From an uncultured Verrucomicrobiae bacterium (lineage in GTDB: Bacteria; Verrucomicrobiota; Verrucomicrobiia; Chthoniobacterales; JAATET01), in assembly GCA_963749035.1 (NCBI GenBank), contig CAVVKW010000004.1, positions 1,657,966 to 1,721,965 of the forward strand: DNA of 64,000 nucleotides, in the 5' to 3' direction. Under the pieces are notes generated by a model. The model had not been told where the DNA came from. It made no database searches and saw only the letters and a program-made list of their open reading frames with translations. Shown here one piece after another: positions 28,557 to 38,900 of the stretch. The translations under genes and the position numbers were made by a program. Positions within the stretch are counted from its first letter, which is position 1, and each line of letters opens with the position of its first letter.

Positions 28557-30215
28557 TCACTGAGCGTCGACCTCGAGCCGGTCACTCTTTCCCATTTGCT
28601 CGAGCCACGCGTTGACGAGTTCGCGCATGTGATTCCGCATCTCCGGATTGTCCAAGTTGTTCTCCTCGAACTCGTCGACCTTGAGATCGAACAAATACTC
28701 TTCTCCGCCTTGCCGGACGAGTTTCCACCGGTGTTGCACCTCGCCATCGGCGGAGCGCACGGTCTGGTTTACCGCGTATTTCTTCTTGTTTCCGTCGCCC
28801 CAGAACAAAGCGTCAGCGAACCTCTCGGGAGCCGCGTCGGTTTTGCCCTGCCAATTCGCCAGCAGATCGACCCCGTCGAACTCGGTCGTCGTCTCCGCCG
28901 CCGCGGCCGACAAAAACGTTGGCGCTAGATCCATGAGCGTGATCGGAATCGCGCTTTGGCTCCCGTGCTGATCCTCCGGGATTCCGGCGGGCCAGCTCAT
29001 CACGAACGGCGTGCGGATCCCCCCTTCGAAAAGCTGTCCTTTCCGCCCTCGCAGCTTCCCCATCGCGGCTTCGTTCCCGCCGTTATCGGAACAGAAAATG
29101 ATAATTGTGTTTTCGTATATTTCCTTGTCATTCAGCAGTTTGACAAGATCACCGACACCCTGGTCCACCATGTCCATGACCAGCGCGCGTTGGGCAAAAT
29201 CCCCTTGCTGACCCAAAAGCTCCTGCCGCTCTGGACGCAATAACTCCCGGGGCGGCGCGTGCACCGGGACGTGTGGAATGGACCGCGGCATGTAGAGGAA
29301 AAATGGCTGATCCGGGTTCTGTTCGAGGTGCTCGGTCACGTATTCCACCCCTTTCTCGTTGAATTTCTGCGGCAGATACCCGGCCTGCATCTCACGTTTC
29401 TCGTAGGGGTTGTTGATCGTGTATGAGCCGAGATCGGTCACGAATTCGAAGGGCTCTTGATCGCGCCCCTCCAGGACCGGGCCGTAGCGTAGAGCCCACT
29501 CATACGGTATGGTGAGAATGCCGGGGACCGCATCCTCGCGCCACGACTCGATGTCGCTCCAGCCTTCGCGGGTCAGCCAACCCTGCTCGGTGTAGCGCCC
29601 CGTTTCCTCGTCAATCACCACGGGTTCGAGTCGGTTGGACGACGTCGGATTGTTCAGACTGGCCCCGAATCCAACCGCGTTCGTGAACTTCTGCTCACCC
29701 AGGCCCGGACCTGCATACGTCATGAAATAGTCGTGCTGGGTAAACGTCGCGAAGTAACGGTTCCATCCCCAAGCGGTCGGCGGCATGTCCCCCTCCCCGA
29801 CGCCATTGTGCGTCTTGCCGATCATCATCGTGAAATACCCGGCGTCCTGGAGCAGCTTCCCGAGCCGCGGATACTGATCGGAAACGTTCGGCGAGTTCCC
29901 CCAGCGCGCCGGCCAGCGACCCGTGAGAAGCGAACCGCGGGTCGGCCAGCACATCGGGGCCGGCGTGTAAGCTTCCGTGGAGATCAGACCCGTCTCGGCG
30001 AGGGAATCGATCGCTGGCGTCTGGGCATACTCCAACGCAAAATCTCTGTAGGCACTGATGTCGCCCAATCCCGCGTCATCAGCCATGATGACGATGATAT
30101 TTGGAGCCACCGGAGCAGCCTGAGCCGGTCCAGCTAAGGACCACGCTGCAAAAGCTGACGTAAAAAGTGCGAAGGAACGGCCGAGCGAGATCTGAGGAAG
30201 CATGGGGGTGGCCAT
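28557..30215 (-). CDS. secreted formylglycine-dependent sulfatase
   Basis: 552 aa with a signal peptide ending AGPAQAAP. It carries NIIVIMADDAGLGD, the signature C-W-P-T-R-G-S-L-L-T-G-R, and IIFCSDNGG. Confidence 0.9.
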   Translation of the reverse strand: MATPMLPQISLGRSFALFTSAFAAWSLAGPAQAAPVAPNIIVIMADDAGLGDISAYRDFALEYAQTPAIDSLAETGLISTEAYTPAPMCWPTRGSLLTGRWPARWGNSPNVSDQYPRLGKLLQDAGYFTMMIGKTHNGVGEGDMPPTAWGWNRYFATFTQHDYFMTYAGPGLGEQKFTNAVGFGASLNNPTSSNRLEPVVIDEETGRYTEQGWLTREGWSDIESWREDAVPGILTIPYEWALRYGPVLEGRDQEPFEFVTDLGSYTINNPYEKREMQAGYLPQKFNEKGVEYVTEHLEQNPDQPFFLYMPRSIPHVPVHAPPRELLRPERQELLGQQGDFAQRALVMDMVDQGVGDLVKLLNDKEIYENTIIIFCSDNGGNEAAMGKLRGRKGQLFEGGIRTPFVMSWPAGIPEDQHGSQSAIPITLMDLAPTFLSAAAAETTTEFDGVDLLANWQGKTDAAPERFADALFWGDGNKKKYAVNQTVRSADGEVQHRWKLVRQGGEEYLFDLKVDEFEENNLDNPEMRNHMRELVNAWLEQMGKSDRLEVDAQ

Positions 30216-30333
30216 TTATAGTTCTTCTGGGGAAGGCAGATTGCAAGGGTATTCCCCATTGGTAAAAAACGATTTTCCTTCTCCTACCGCCGGTGATAAA
30301 CCGGCAAACTAGCCCCTTTCCCTCCGATAAACC

Positions 30334-32949
30334 ATGCTCAGACTCCTCCTTATTCTCCTCTCACTCCTGGCCACATTTTCGACGCTAAACGCCGAGATTC
30401 AGCGCGAAGCCGATTTGGACGCAGCGACCATGCGCTGCGACGGCACGAATCTGACGATCTCGACCGGCGCTGTCGAACGTCGCTGGACGTGGTCCGATCG
30501 GGGTTGGACGACATCCCACCTCGAAGTCCTCCCGTCCGGGAAAAGCTGGCAACTTGCGGCAGAAAACGGCGAAGCCGACTGGGAAATTCCGGGAATCGAC
30601 GGGCCGGCCGAGCTCATCTCGGTCACCGCGACACAATCGACGGACGAGGGTTTCACAACCCCACATCTCGAAGTCATCAGCACCATCCACTATCCAGAGT
30701 CCGACTTCCATCTCCAGCACGTCGTCTGGGCTTACCCAAACGCGCCGGGGTTGCGGACCCAATTGCGTCTGCGACGGGGCGATTCCCACGTCATCACGGA
30801 CGATCCCGCACCAACCATCCGAGTCATTAAAGGAGAACAGGAGGAATCGAACGTGACGCCAGACGCAACGATCCCATCGGCATTTTTGTCCGCCGCGACC
30901 GACGAGCGAGCGGTTGAACTCCGCTTCAAGGGCTTGAATCCGGAAAAACAATACTCACTCGGTCTCAGCTGGTGGAACTGGGAGGACGTCGGGCGCGAAC
31001 AGTGCGTCGTGCTCGCGAACATGGACGGGACGCAATTCGACACGATCATCGAAAAAACGCCAATTCCCACTTGGGACAGCAGTCAACCAGACGTCGGCCA
31101 GCAAATCGTCGAGCTTCAGCCCGCCATCTTTTCCGACGGGGGCGTGCAAGCGTGGATCGTTCTCACGGACGGCGCAAACAGCACCATCAGCGAAGCCTGG
31201 CTCTACGAACACGACGCCGAGACCTCGCTGGTCGAAGGCATTCCAGCCGATCGGATGCCTGACCTGACGGCGAGCGCTCCGGACGGCGCGAAACTCGTCG
31301 CTTACCTCGACTGCGGGTCCGGCGACCCGGGCAGCACGACCCCGGAATCTGATCCGCAGGCCGCCGACATCGCCGATCAAATCCGCATTCCGCTCGACGG
31401 CGTGGAAGTGACGGCCGTGGGCTACTACGGAGACACCCAACGCCGAAACTCCCGTGAAACCGAGCTACTCAAGGAAGAGTTCGTGGACTCCACGCCGCAG
31501 ACAATCGATTGGGCGAACCTAATCACCGCCAGGCAGGCATCAGCCAGCCTGACGCTCGTGAAAGAATCCCACAAGTGCGTCAACACACCGAATGGCGGTG
31601 CCAACACGGGCGCATTCATCCTTGCGGAGAACGGCATCGAAATCACCGGTCTCGGCTGGCTACTGGAAGACGTCGGCTCGGATCGCTTCCACTCATGCTG
31701 GGCGAACTGGCTCGTGATGGCGGAGGGAGACGATGACGACGTGAACCTGGCACTCAAAGTCTGGGATCGGATCCGTTATCCCATCGATCCCGATCACGAC
31801 ATTTACATCATGGCCAACACGTGGGGCAGCGCCGAGAACAAGAGAGACGCACAGATCCAAGCGCGGGAGGACAACGTCCTGACCGAGATCGACAGTCAGG
31901 CTGACCTCGGTGTCGACGTCCAACAAATCGACGATGGTTGGCAGGGATTTGATTACGTGAATTGGCACCCGGTAAAATCCAACGCCCTGGACGAGACCGA
32001 CGCCGCCTACTCCGTTTACGAGTCCGATCGCTACCCCGTCTATCCCGACGGCTGGAAGACCGTGCGCGACTACGCGCAGGAGAAAGACATCAGGTTGGGC
32101 CTCTGGTTCTCCGTGACCGCCACCACCGATGACCTCATCCGCAACTACGACGAGGGCGGTTTCGAATATTTCAAAATCGACTTCTCGTGGCTCGGCAACA
32201 TGGGCGCGGTCGAGACGATGACCGCTAAAGCGCGTGAGCTCATCCTTCACAGCGATCACGCCGCTCGGATCAACTGGGACGTGACCGAGATCAGCCCCCG
32301 GATGGGCTACTTCTTCGGTCGCGAATACGGAAACATCTACGTGGAAAATCGGCTGAAAAACTACGTGCCCTATCTCGTCCTTCGCGATGCCTGGCACTGC
32401 GCTCGCTACCTGAATCTCAACAAATTCCAGTTCACCGCCGCGAACGTCGATCACGTCGAGATGGAGGGATCCGACGCGGACCAGCATCCGCAGGACTACT
32501 GTGTCGCCCAGACACTGATGAGTTCGCCGATCCTCGTCCAAAACACGCAGCACTACACGGAGGAGGCGCGGAAGCTCATCCGACCGCTCCTCGCCGCCTA
32601 TCGCGCGCACCGCGACGAGATCTACCAAGGCTACGTCTTTCCGATCGGCGACAAACCCGACAACCGAAGTTGGTCCGGTTTTCAGTGCGTGCTTCCGGAT
32701 CAGCAGGCCGGATACCTGACCGTATTCCGCCAGCTGGAGAACCCGGAATCCACGCAAGCGATCGAGCTGAAATTTGTGAAGGCAGGCTCCGAGATCACCC
32801 TGACGGATCTCCTGTCGGAAAGATCGTGGACCGAGACCGTCGGGGAAAATGGCCAAGTCGACTTTGAGATCGACGAAGCGCCAGGATATCAATTCCTCCG
32901 CTACGACGTTTCTACTACCTTTCCCGACGAAGAGCCGCGGGATTCCTGA
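30334..32949 (+). CDS. secreted glycoside hydrolase, alpha-galactosidase-like (clan GH-D, GH36/GH27-like); family uncertain
   Basis: 871 aa. The signal peptide is MLRLLLILLSLLATFSTLNA. It carries IMANTWGS, VQQIDDGWQ (DDGW motif) and YFKIDFSWLG (K-x-D nucleophile-type motif). Confidence 0.55.
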   Translation: MLRLLLILLSLLATFSTLNAEIQREADLDAATMRCDGTNLTISTGAVERRWTWSDRGWTTSHLEVLPSGKSWQLAAENGEADWEIPGIDGPAELISVTATQSTDEGFTTPHLEVISTIHYPESDFHLQHVVWAYPNAPGLRTQLRLRRGDSHVITDDPAPTIRVIKGEQEESNVTPDATIPSAFLSAATDERAVELRFKGLNPEKQYSLGLSWWNWEDVGREQCVVLANMDGTQFDTIIEKTPIPTWDSSQPDVGQQIVELQPAIFSDGGVQAWIVLTDGANSTISEAWLYEHDAETSLVEGIPADRMPDLTASAPDGAKLVAYLDCGSGDPGSTTPESDPQAADIADQIRIPLDGVEVTAVGYYGDTQRRNSRETELLKEEFVDSTPQTIDWANLITARQASASLTLVKESHKCVNTPNGGANTGAFILAENGIEITGLGWLLEDVGSDRFHSCWANWLVMAEGDDDDVNLALKVWDRIRYPIDPDHDIYIMANTWGSAENKRDAQIQAREDNVLTEIDSQADLGVDVQQIDDGWQGFDYVNWHPVKSNALDETDAAYSVYESDRYPVYPDGWKTVRDYAQEKDIRLGLWFSVTATTDDLIRNYDEGGFEYFKIDFSWLGNMGAVETMTAKARELILHSDHAARINWDVTEISPRMGYFFGREYGNIYVENRLKNYVPYLVLRDAWHCARYLNLNKFQFTAANVDHVEMEGSDADQHPQDYCVAQTLMSSPILVQNTQHYTEEARKLIRPLLAAYRAHRDEIYQGYVFPIGDKPDNRSWSGFQCVLPDQQAGYLTVFRQLENPESTQAIELKFVKAGSEITLTDLLSERSWTETVGENGQVDFEIDEAPGYQFLRYDVSTTFPDEEPRDS

Positions 32950-33002
32950 TTCCCGTCGCTCTTTCCAACGTCCCCCCTCCCTCAGAAAAGTAATCCCCTC
33001 CC

Positions 33003-34994
33003 ATGAGCACACTTGATCTCATCCTCTTCGTCGTCGCCGTCGTCGGCGTCATCACCTTCGGCATCTGGAAAAGCAACCGCGAAGAAGTCGATGCCGACAG
33101 CGGCGCCAGCAATTACTTTCTGGCCGGTCGCGGACTGACCTGGTGGCTCGTGGGATTCTCGCTCATCGCGGCGAACATCTCCACCGAGCAGTTTGTCGGC
33201 ATGTCGGGCAAAGCCGCCGACTGGCTGGGAATGGCGATCGCATCCTACGAGTGGATGGCTGCCATCACGCTCGTCGTCGTGGCCTTCGTGTTTCTTCCCA
33301 AGCTGTTGCGGTGCGGACTCTACACGATTCCCGAATTCCTCGAATACCGCTTCGGCGTGTTCTCCCGCACCATCATGGCGATTGCCACCATGGTGATTCT
33401 CGTGGGGGTCCCGACCGCGTCGGTCATCTTCTCCGGTGCCAAAGTCGTCTCGGTGTTCTTTCAGGATACGAGCGTCCTCGGACTCGACCTCGGCAACATC
33501 ACCGTCGGGTGCTGGATCATTGCCCTCAGTGCCGCTGCCTACGTCTTCATCGGCGGCCTGAAGGCCTGTGCGTGGACGGATCTGATCTGGGGCTCCGCGC
33601 TCATCGTGGGTGGTGCTGCCGTCATGTTTCTTGCGTTTCAAAAACTCGGCGACATGCCCGCGCAGGACTTGATGCTCACCAAAGTCGCCACCTCCGACGC
33701 CACGGTCGATCAGATCGAACAGGCTGGCGCCATCGAACGTTTCAAGCTCCTCAACGCCGGCCCCGTTGCGGACGGACCGAACGGCTCCGGCGGCAAACTC
33801 CACATGCGGCGGCCCGCAACCGATCCCGAAATCCCTTGGACGGCCCTCATGCTTGGGCTCTGGATTCCCAACTTTTTCTACTGGGGCCTAAACCAATACA
33901 TCATGCAGCGAACGCTGGGATCGAAGTCGCTCGCCGAGGGACAGAAGGGCGTCGTCTTCGCCGCCGCGCTGAAGTTGATCATTCCCTTCGTCGTCGTGAT
34001 CCCGGGGATTCTCGCCTTCAACCTCTTCAGCGGAGATCTCAAAAAACAGGCCGACACCAAGAATGCCGAGACCATCGCGAAGTTCGAATCCGGCTCCGAA
34101 CAGGTCTTTCCGATGTCGCAGAGCTTTGCTTCCCTGCATCCCGACCTGGCCCGACGGATCATCTCGCACAACGCCAAAAAAACCGGCGCAACCGTCGAGC
34201 TCCCCCCTCGCAGCGCGAGCGAAGGCGAATTCTTTGCGGCAAACCAATCCGCTCTATCCGGGGCAAGCGCGAGCACCGTGGACAGCGCCTCCCGGCTCGT
34301 CGGCTACGATTACGACGCGGCGTTCGGCACCCTGCTTCGCAACCTCTTGAAGCCGGGGCTCACGTGGTTTGTCTTAGCGGCCATCTTCGGTGCCGTCGTC
34401 AGTTCACTCGCCTCGATGCTGAACTCCGCCTCCACCATCGCCACGATGGACATCGTCGCGAAGATTGGTCGTAAGTTTAACGGCAATGACCTCTCGCAGA
34501 AGGCACTCGTCGCCTCCGGGCGGATCTGCGTGGTGCTTTTCGTCACCATCGCGGCCATCATCGCCCCGCAACTTGGGCGGCCGGAATTTGGCGGCATCTT
34601 CACCTTCATCCAGGAATTTCAGGGGTTCATCAGTCCAGGCGTCCTCGCGGTTTTCCTGTTCGGATTCCTGGTTCCGAAAGCCCCGCGCTACATCGGCTGG
34701 CTGGGAATCGTCTCGAACGCGATCCTCTACGGATTCTTCAAATGGTTCGGCGGAGACCTCCTGGTTCGGAGCGGACTCTGGTTCTCACCGGAAGTCTCGT
34801 TTCTCGACCGAATGGGAATCTGCTTCCTCCTCGTCCTCGGACTCTGCGGCCTTCTCACCGCTCTGAACCCCCTGGCGGAACCCGTCAAAATGCCGGTCAA
34901 CGACAAGATCGAGCTCGTCTCCTCACCTCTCGCGAAAGCGGGCGGTATCGGCGTCTGCCTCTGCACCGTTATCCTCTACGCAATCTTCTGGTAG
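33003..34994 (+). CDS. sodium:solute symporter (SSS/SGLT family)
   Basis: 663 aa and polytopic. It carries YFLAGRGLTWWLVGFSLIAANISTEQFVGMSG and GGLKACAWTDLIWG. Confidence 0.88.
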   Translation: MSTLDLILFVVAVVGVITFGIWKSNREEVDADSGASNYFLAGRGLTWWLVGFSLIAANISTEQFVGMSGKAADWLGMAIASYEWMAAITLVVVAFVFLPKLLRCGLYTIPEFLEYRFGVFSRTIMAIATMVILVGVPTASVIFSGAKVVSVFFQDTSVLGLDLGNITVGCWIIALSAAAYVFIGGLKACAWTDLIWGSALIVGGAAVMFLAFQKLGDMPAQDLMLTKVATSDATVDQIEQAGAIERFKLLNAGPVADGPNGSGGKLHMRRPATDPEIPWTALMLGLWIPNFFYWGLNQYIMQRTLGSKSLAEGQKGVVFAAALKLIIPFVVVIPGILAFNLFSGDLKKQADTKNAETIAKFESGSEQVFPMSQSFASLHPDLARRIISHNAKKTGATVELPPRSASEGEFFAANQSALSGASASTVDSASRLVGYDYDAAFGTLLRNLLKPGLTWFVLAAIFGAVVSSLASMLNSASTIATMDIVAKIGRKFNGNDLSQKALVASGRICVVLFVTIAAIIAPQLGRPEFGGIFTFIQEFQGFISPGVLAVFLFGFLVPKAPRYIGWLGIVSNAILYGFFKWFGGDLLVRSGLWFSPEVSFLDRMGICFLLVLGLCGLLTALNPLAEPVKMPVNDKIELVSSPLAKAGGIGVCLCTVILYAIFW

Positions 34995-35006
34995 GGCGCG
35001 CAGATC

Positions 35007-35038
35007 AACGTTTACCCAAACGTTCGTTCAGAGCGAAC
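35007..35038. terminator. two adjacent hairpins in a convergent gap (candidate bidirectional terminator)
   Basis: AACGTTT-ACCC-AAACGTT is a perfect 7-bp stem (35007-35024). GTTCG-TTCAGAG-CGAAC lies at 35022-35038. They sit between the SSS stop (34994) and the isomerase-like stop (35050). The stems are short and AT-rich, so support is weak. Confidence 0.3.
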
Positions 35039-35049
35039 CGCGGGGCTCG

Positions 35050-35982
35050 TCAAGCAGCGAGATTCGCTCGCACGATCTCGATGATCCGCCGCGTCGAGTC
35101 GAGATCCGAAAGTCCCTGCGGACCTTTTGGCCAGAATTCCGCCGAATAGATACCGCGGTATCCCAGCTCTTCCGCCAACCGCACGCACGCACCGAGGTCA
35201 TAGCTGGTGTGTTCACCTCCCGCGTCGAACGCCTTTCCTTTAGCGGAGATTAGACCTGCTTCGGGCACCAGCTTCTCGAGAACATCGAACCGTTTTTCGT
35301 CCGTCGCCTTCCCGTCTAAATTTCCGAAGTCCGGCAGCGTCCGGCACCACGGACTGTCCACACCGTTCACGATCGCAAGGACGTTGTCCGGATTCACCGA
35401 ATTACCACCGTGATTCTCGACCAAGACCTTGACTCCCACTGTCTCGCCACGCTCCGCGAGCTCGCTGAACGAATCGATACTCGTCGCGGCATCGAAGGGG
35501 CCGGACGCTCCGCCTACGTTCACCCGCAGCGACCCCGCTCCGCACGCCGCCGCACGATCCATCCACTCTTTCGCCGTCGCGAGGCTTGCCCGCCGCTTCG
35601 CCTCGTCCGGTGCCGAAACGTCATCTTTGCCGTCGAGCTGAATGTTGATGATCCGACAGCCCTCGGTTTTCGCGATCCCAGCCAGCTTTGCGCAAAACTC
35701 CAGCGAGGTATCCGAGAAGTGGCGGCTCCAGACCTCGACGTTCCGGACGCCGAATTCCCGAACCATGAACGCCGGAATCTCTTCCAACGTCAGATCCAAT
35801 CCCGCGTGCTTGCCCTTGCGAGTCTTTGGAAACCACTGGTGCAAAGAAACCGTGGTCACGCCCAGACGCTCCATCCCCCGCCCGCCTGGCGACTCTGCCA
35901 AAACGGAATCGAGCCGGGTCAAGAAAGGACTGCCCGCCGCGACCCCGGCCAGCTTGAGAAACGTTCGACGATCAAGCGGCAT
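35050..35982 (-). CDS. Tat-exported xylose-isomerase-like TIM-barrel protein (sugar phosphate isomerase/epimerase family)
   Basis: 310 aa. The twin-arginine signal is MPLDRRTFLKLAGVAAGSPFL. The AP_endonuc_2-type pattern is present (VLVENHGG, YRGIYSAEFW). Confidence 0.8.
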   Translation of the reverse strand: MPLDRRTFLKLAGVAAGSPFLTRLDSVLAESPGGRGMERLGVTTVSLHQWFPKTRKGKHAGLDLTLEEIPAFMVREFGVRNVEVWSRHFSDTSLEFCAKLAGIAKTEGCRIINIQLDGKDDVSAPDEAKRRASLATAKEWMDRAAACGAGSLRVNVGGASGPFDAATSIDSFSELAERGETVGVKVLVENHGGNSVNPDNVLAIVNGVDSPWCRTLPDFGNLDGKATDEKRFDVLEKLVPEAGLISAKGKAFDAGGEHTSYDLGACVRLAEELGYRGIYSAEFWPKGPQGLSDLDSTRRIIEIVRANLAA

Positions 35983-35997
35983 GGCAGTAAAGCTGAT

Positions 35998-38900
35998 TCA
36001 GTTCCGTCCTTCCGAACGGACGAGATTGCTGAAGCCCTCACTCACTTCGAAGTCCTCACTGTAAAGCGTGCCCTCGCGGTCGGTAATTGCGAACCAGTCC
36101 ACGTCGAGCTGGCTGCCCGCATCGCCCAGAAAGACCAAGAAAAGATCCATGGTCCCGGCCGGCACCGAGGCGAGAGCCCCGTCAACCGTCGCAAAGCCAC
36201 CGGCTTCCCCGGCTTCGCCCACCTCTGCCGTTCCGATCAGGTTTCCGTCGGGTGATCCGGTTCGAAGCTCCACGATTCCGCCCGCCGGCCCCCCCGCCAA
36301 AGATACCCGAAAGCGAGTCGCCCCGTTCTCAAAGTCGAAATCGTCATACTTCGCCCAAGATCCGGCCGCCACGAACTCTGCCTTTTCTCCCGTGCCGCCA
36401 GCCGACACCCCGACCCCGTTCTGCTCGGTAAAGCGCTCCGCCTCGATGGTCTCGGCCAGTGAATACCGCGGTGCCATGGTGAAGCTAAGCGTCGCACTGC
36501 TGACCGCGCCCTGGTCGTCCGTAGCGACCACTTCCAGTTCGTAAACCCCGTTGGACAGGTTCGTGAGTGCGCCATCATCCTGAGAAACACTTCCCCACTC
36601 GTAGGGTGCCCGACTCTCCTCCCGCACCAGCGATCCATTCAGGTAGAGCTTCACGTTAGCCACCGCGCCATCGCCGTCTTCCGCGATGGCTTTGACGAAG
36701 ACGTCACTCCCCGTCGGGAAGATTTCTTGGCGAAGCGGAGTCGAAAACGAAACCGAGGGCGCATTGTTCTGGGGTGCATCATCAGTGACGGTGACCGAGA
36801 TCTTGTCGCTTGCAGCCAATCCTGCGGCGTCATAAGCGCGCGCCTCGAGCGTGTGCTCCCCCTTGCTCCAGCCCGGGATGTTGAATACGAACGGAGCACT
36901 CCCCGACGTTCTTACGAGAACGTCGTCCCGCCACAGTTCGACTTTGACGATTCCGTTGTCGTCTCCCGCATCGACGGTGACCTCGATGTCCCCCGCGGGC
37001 AGGGTCGCACCAGCCGCCGGTGCGGCGATTGAGCACGTGGGAGCGGCGTTGCCCGCATCGGCGAGCTCGACCAGATTCAGGCGGATCGTTCCTCCGAAGG
37101 ACTCGCCGTATTTGATCTCCTTCCGGTTGCCCTTCCCGTAGGTCTGGCTCATGAACTTCTCGGAGGGTCCTCCCTGGAAGTCATCGACCAGCAGGTTCAC
37201 CCGCTGGTTGTGAACGAAAGCCCGGGTGTTCTGAGACCCGTCCGAGAGAACCTGTAGTGCCAACCCGTCCGGGCTCACCAATGCCGCCGACAACACGTTC
37301 TGCTTCGAAGAGCGGAAGTCGTTACATCCCAAAACGAACGGATCATACGCCCACGACCCCTCCAGCGGCGTGCGGAGATCCTCCGGAGCGGCGTTTCCGT
37401 TTGGAAAGGCTTCTACCGTTCCCTTCGGTCGGCCGATGTGATCTTCCGGATACGCGGTCCAGATTGCCTCGCACTCCCACCGCAACTGATCGAAGGCCAC
37501 GGGCAATTCGAATTCCATTCCAACCTGCCGGGGCGTGGCAGCCGTGGTTTCAATCGGGAAAAATTCTTTGTTCTTGTTGGCGAGAACACCCGATCCGTCC
37601 TGCTTGTAAGACCTGAACTCGTGATCTCCTCCTTTCTGGCTGGAGTGAAGAAGGTCGTCTTCCTCCCACAGTTTCATGAAGTCGGGGGTAAACTCGTATT
37701 CCACCTGAACTTCTCCGTTCGGAAGGAATGCGAAACTTCCACTGATCGATCCTTTGGACACGTTGCCGCTCCAAGTGACTTTCGTTTCCCCGTTCGCCTG
37801 GGTCGCCTCGAGACCGGTGAGTGTCCATCCGTCCACCACTCCGAACATCAGGTCGCCCTCCGTTTTCTTCATGTCTCTCTGCTGCGTGTTCGAAAAAGTC
37901 TTCAGGTAGCTGAAATGCGGTCCACCGGTCACCACTGGGGTCCCAGCCTTCGACGCCTCGATGATCTTTCCCGTGCTCTTGTCGATTTTCCAGACCATGT
38001 CTCCGCCGGTCGCCACGACCTGGTCATTGTTTTGCTCCAACGTCCAAGTCACGTTCTGCGATGAAGCTCCCGACCCCGAGTCGGAGCCAGCCATCGGAAT
38101 GGCGTATTGATCGACCAACCGACCGTCGTCGTGCAGGAACGAAAGCCGCAGAACGTCGTCCACGCCCACGCCTCCCGGCGACGGGATCGAGAGAGTGCCC
38201 TTCTGTCGGGCGGGAACGTCGGCCGTCACCGTGCCGGACTGACCCGCCACCTCCCACTCAATGGTGAGTTCGTTCAAGTTCGAAAAATTATACCGATTTT
38301 CGATCTCGAGCTCGAACGTCTGCGCGGTCGGGTCGAGTTCGAGATTGTCGTCGGCAATCCACGTCGGGCTGTAGGCCTTGAGGGTGTGCCAGAATTCTGG
38401 CTTGGGCCGTCTCCAACCATCGATGATGCCCCACTTCGCGACGCCGAAACGCTCGTTCGTCCCGTTCTGAAGCGGCGCATACATCGTGTCATCGATGCCG
38501 CACCAAATCGCGGCACCGAGCCCGCTCTCGCTCTGATACACCGCGTTCCAAAGCATCTTGATCACGGGCCCCCAACTGTCCTCCACGCTCGGGTCCGTGA
38601 TCATCTCGTCCGGCGCGTAGGCGGGCAAATGCGCGTATTCACTGAAAATCGTCACCTTGGATCGATCCTGGGTAATTCCGTTCATGCCCGGATAGTGCTG
38701 CGCTTCGATCGGAATGAGGTCCCGTTTCTCCGGGTCCTGCGGATACCACATGAACGTCAGAGGTCGCGACGGATCCTCTTCCGCTACCGCCACCGTGGCT
38801 TCGGTGAAGACATCTTTGTCACCGGAGTCCCAGACCGATTCGTTGGCGACTGACCAGAACAACACCGACGGGTGAGTCCGATCACGCTCGAGCATCTTCA

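Noticed and set aside
28541-28747. N-terminal 69 codons of tracked ORF 27482-28747
   Set aside because: They overlap the 3' end of the sulfatase gene. The internal ATG at 28540 yields a proper signal peptide directly before the first Kelch repeat.
31693-33012. 439-aa minus-strand ORF antisense to the GH36-like gene
   Set aside because: It is a shadow ORF in stop-poor GC-rich sequence, and the sense frame has the DDGW and KxD motifs.
33143-34474. 443-aa plus-strand alternative-frame ORF (and 273-aa antisense ORF 32982-33803) within the SSS transporter gene
   Set aside because: Both translations are extremely Arg-rich, whereas the annotated frame gives a coherent polytopic SSS protein.
13893-34994. 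Idea that the SASA-type esterase, the Kelch (NanM-like) protein and the SSS symporter mark a sialic-acid utilisation locus
   Set aside because: No GH33 sialidase, NanA lyase, NanK or NanE is present in the window. The esterase and Kelch folds are generic, and the SSS protein is SGLT-sized. The evidence is insufficient.
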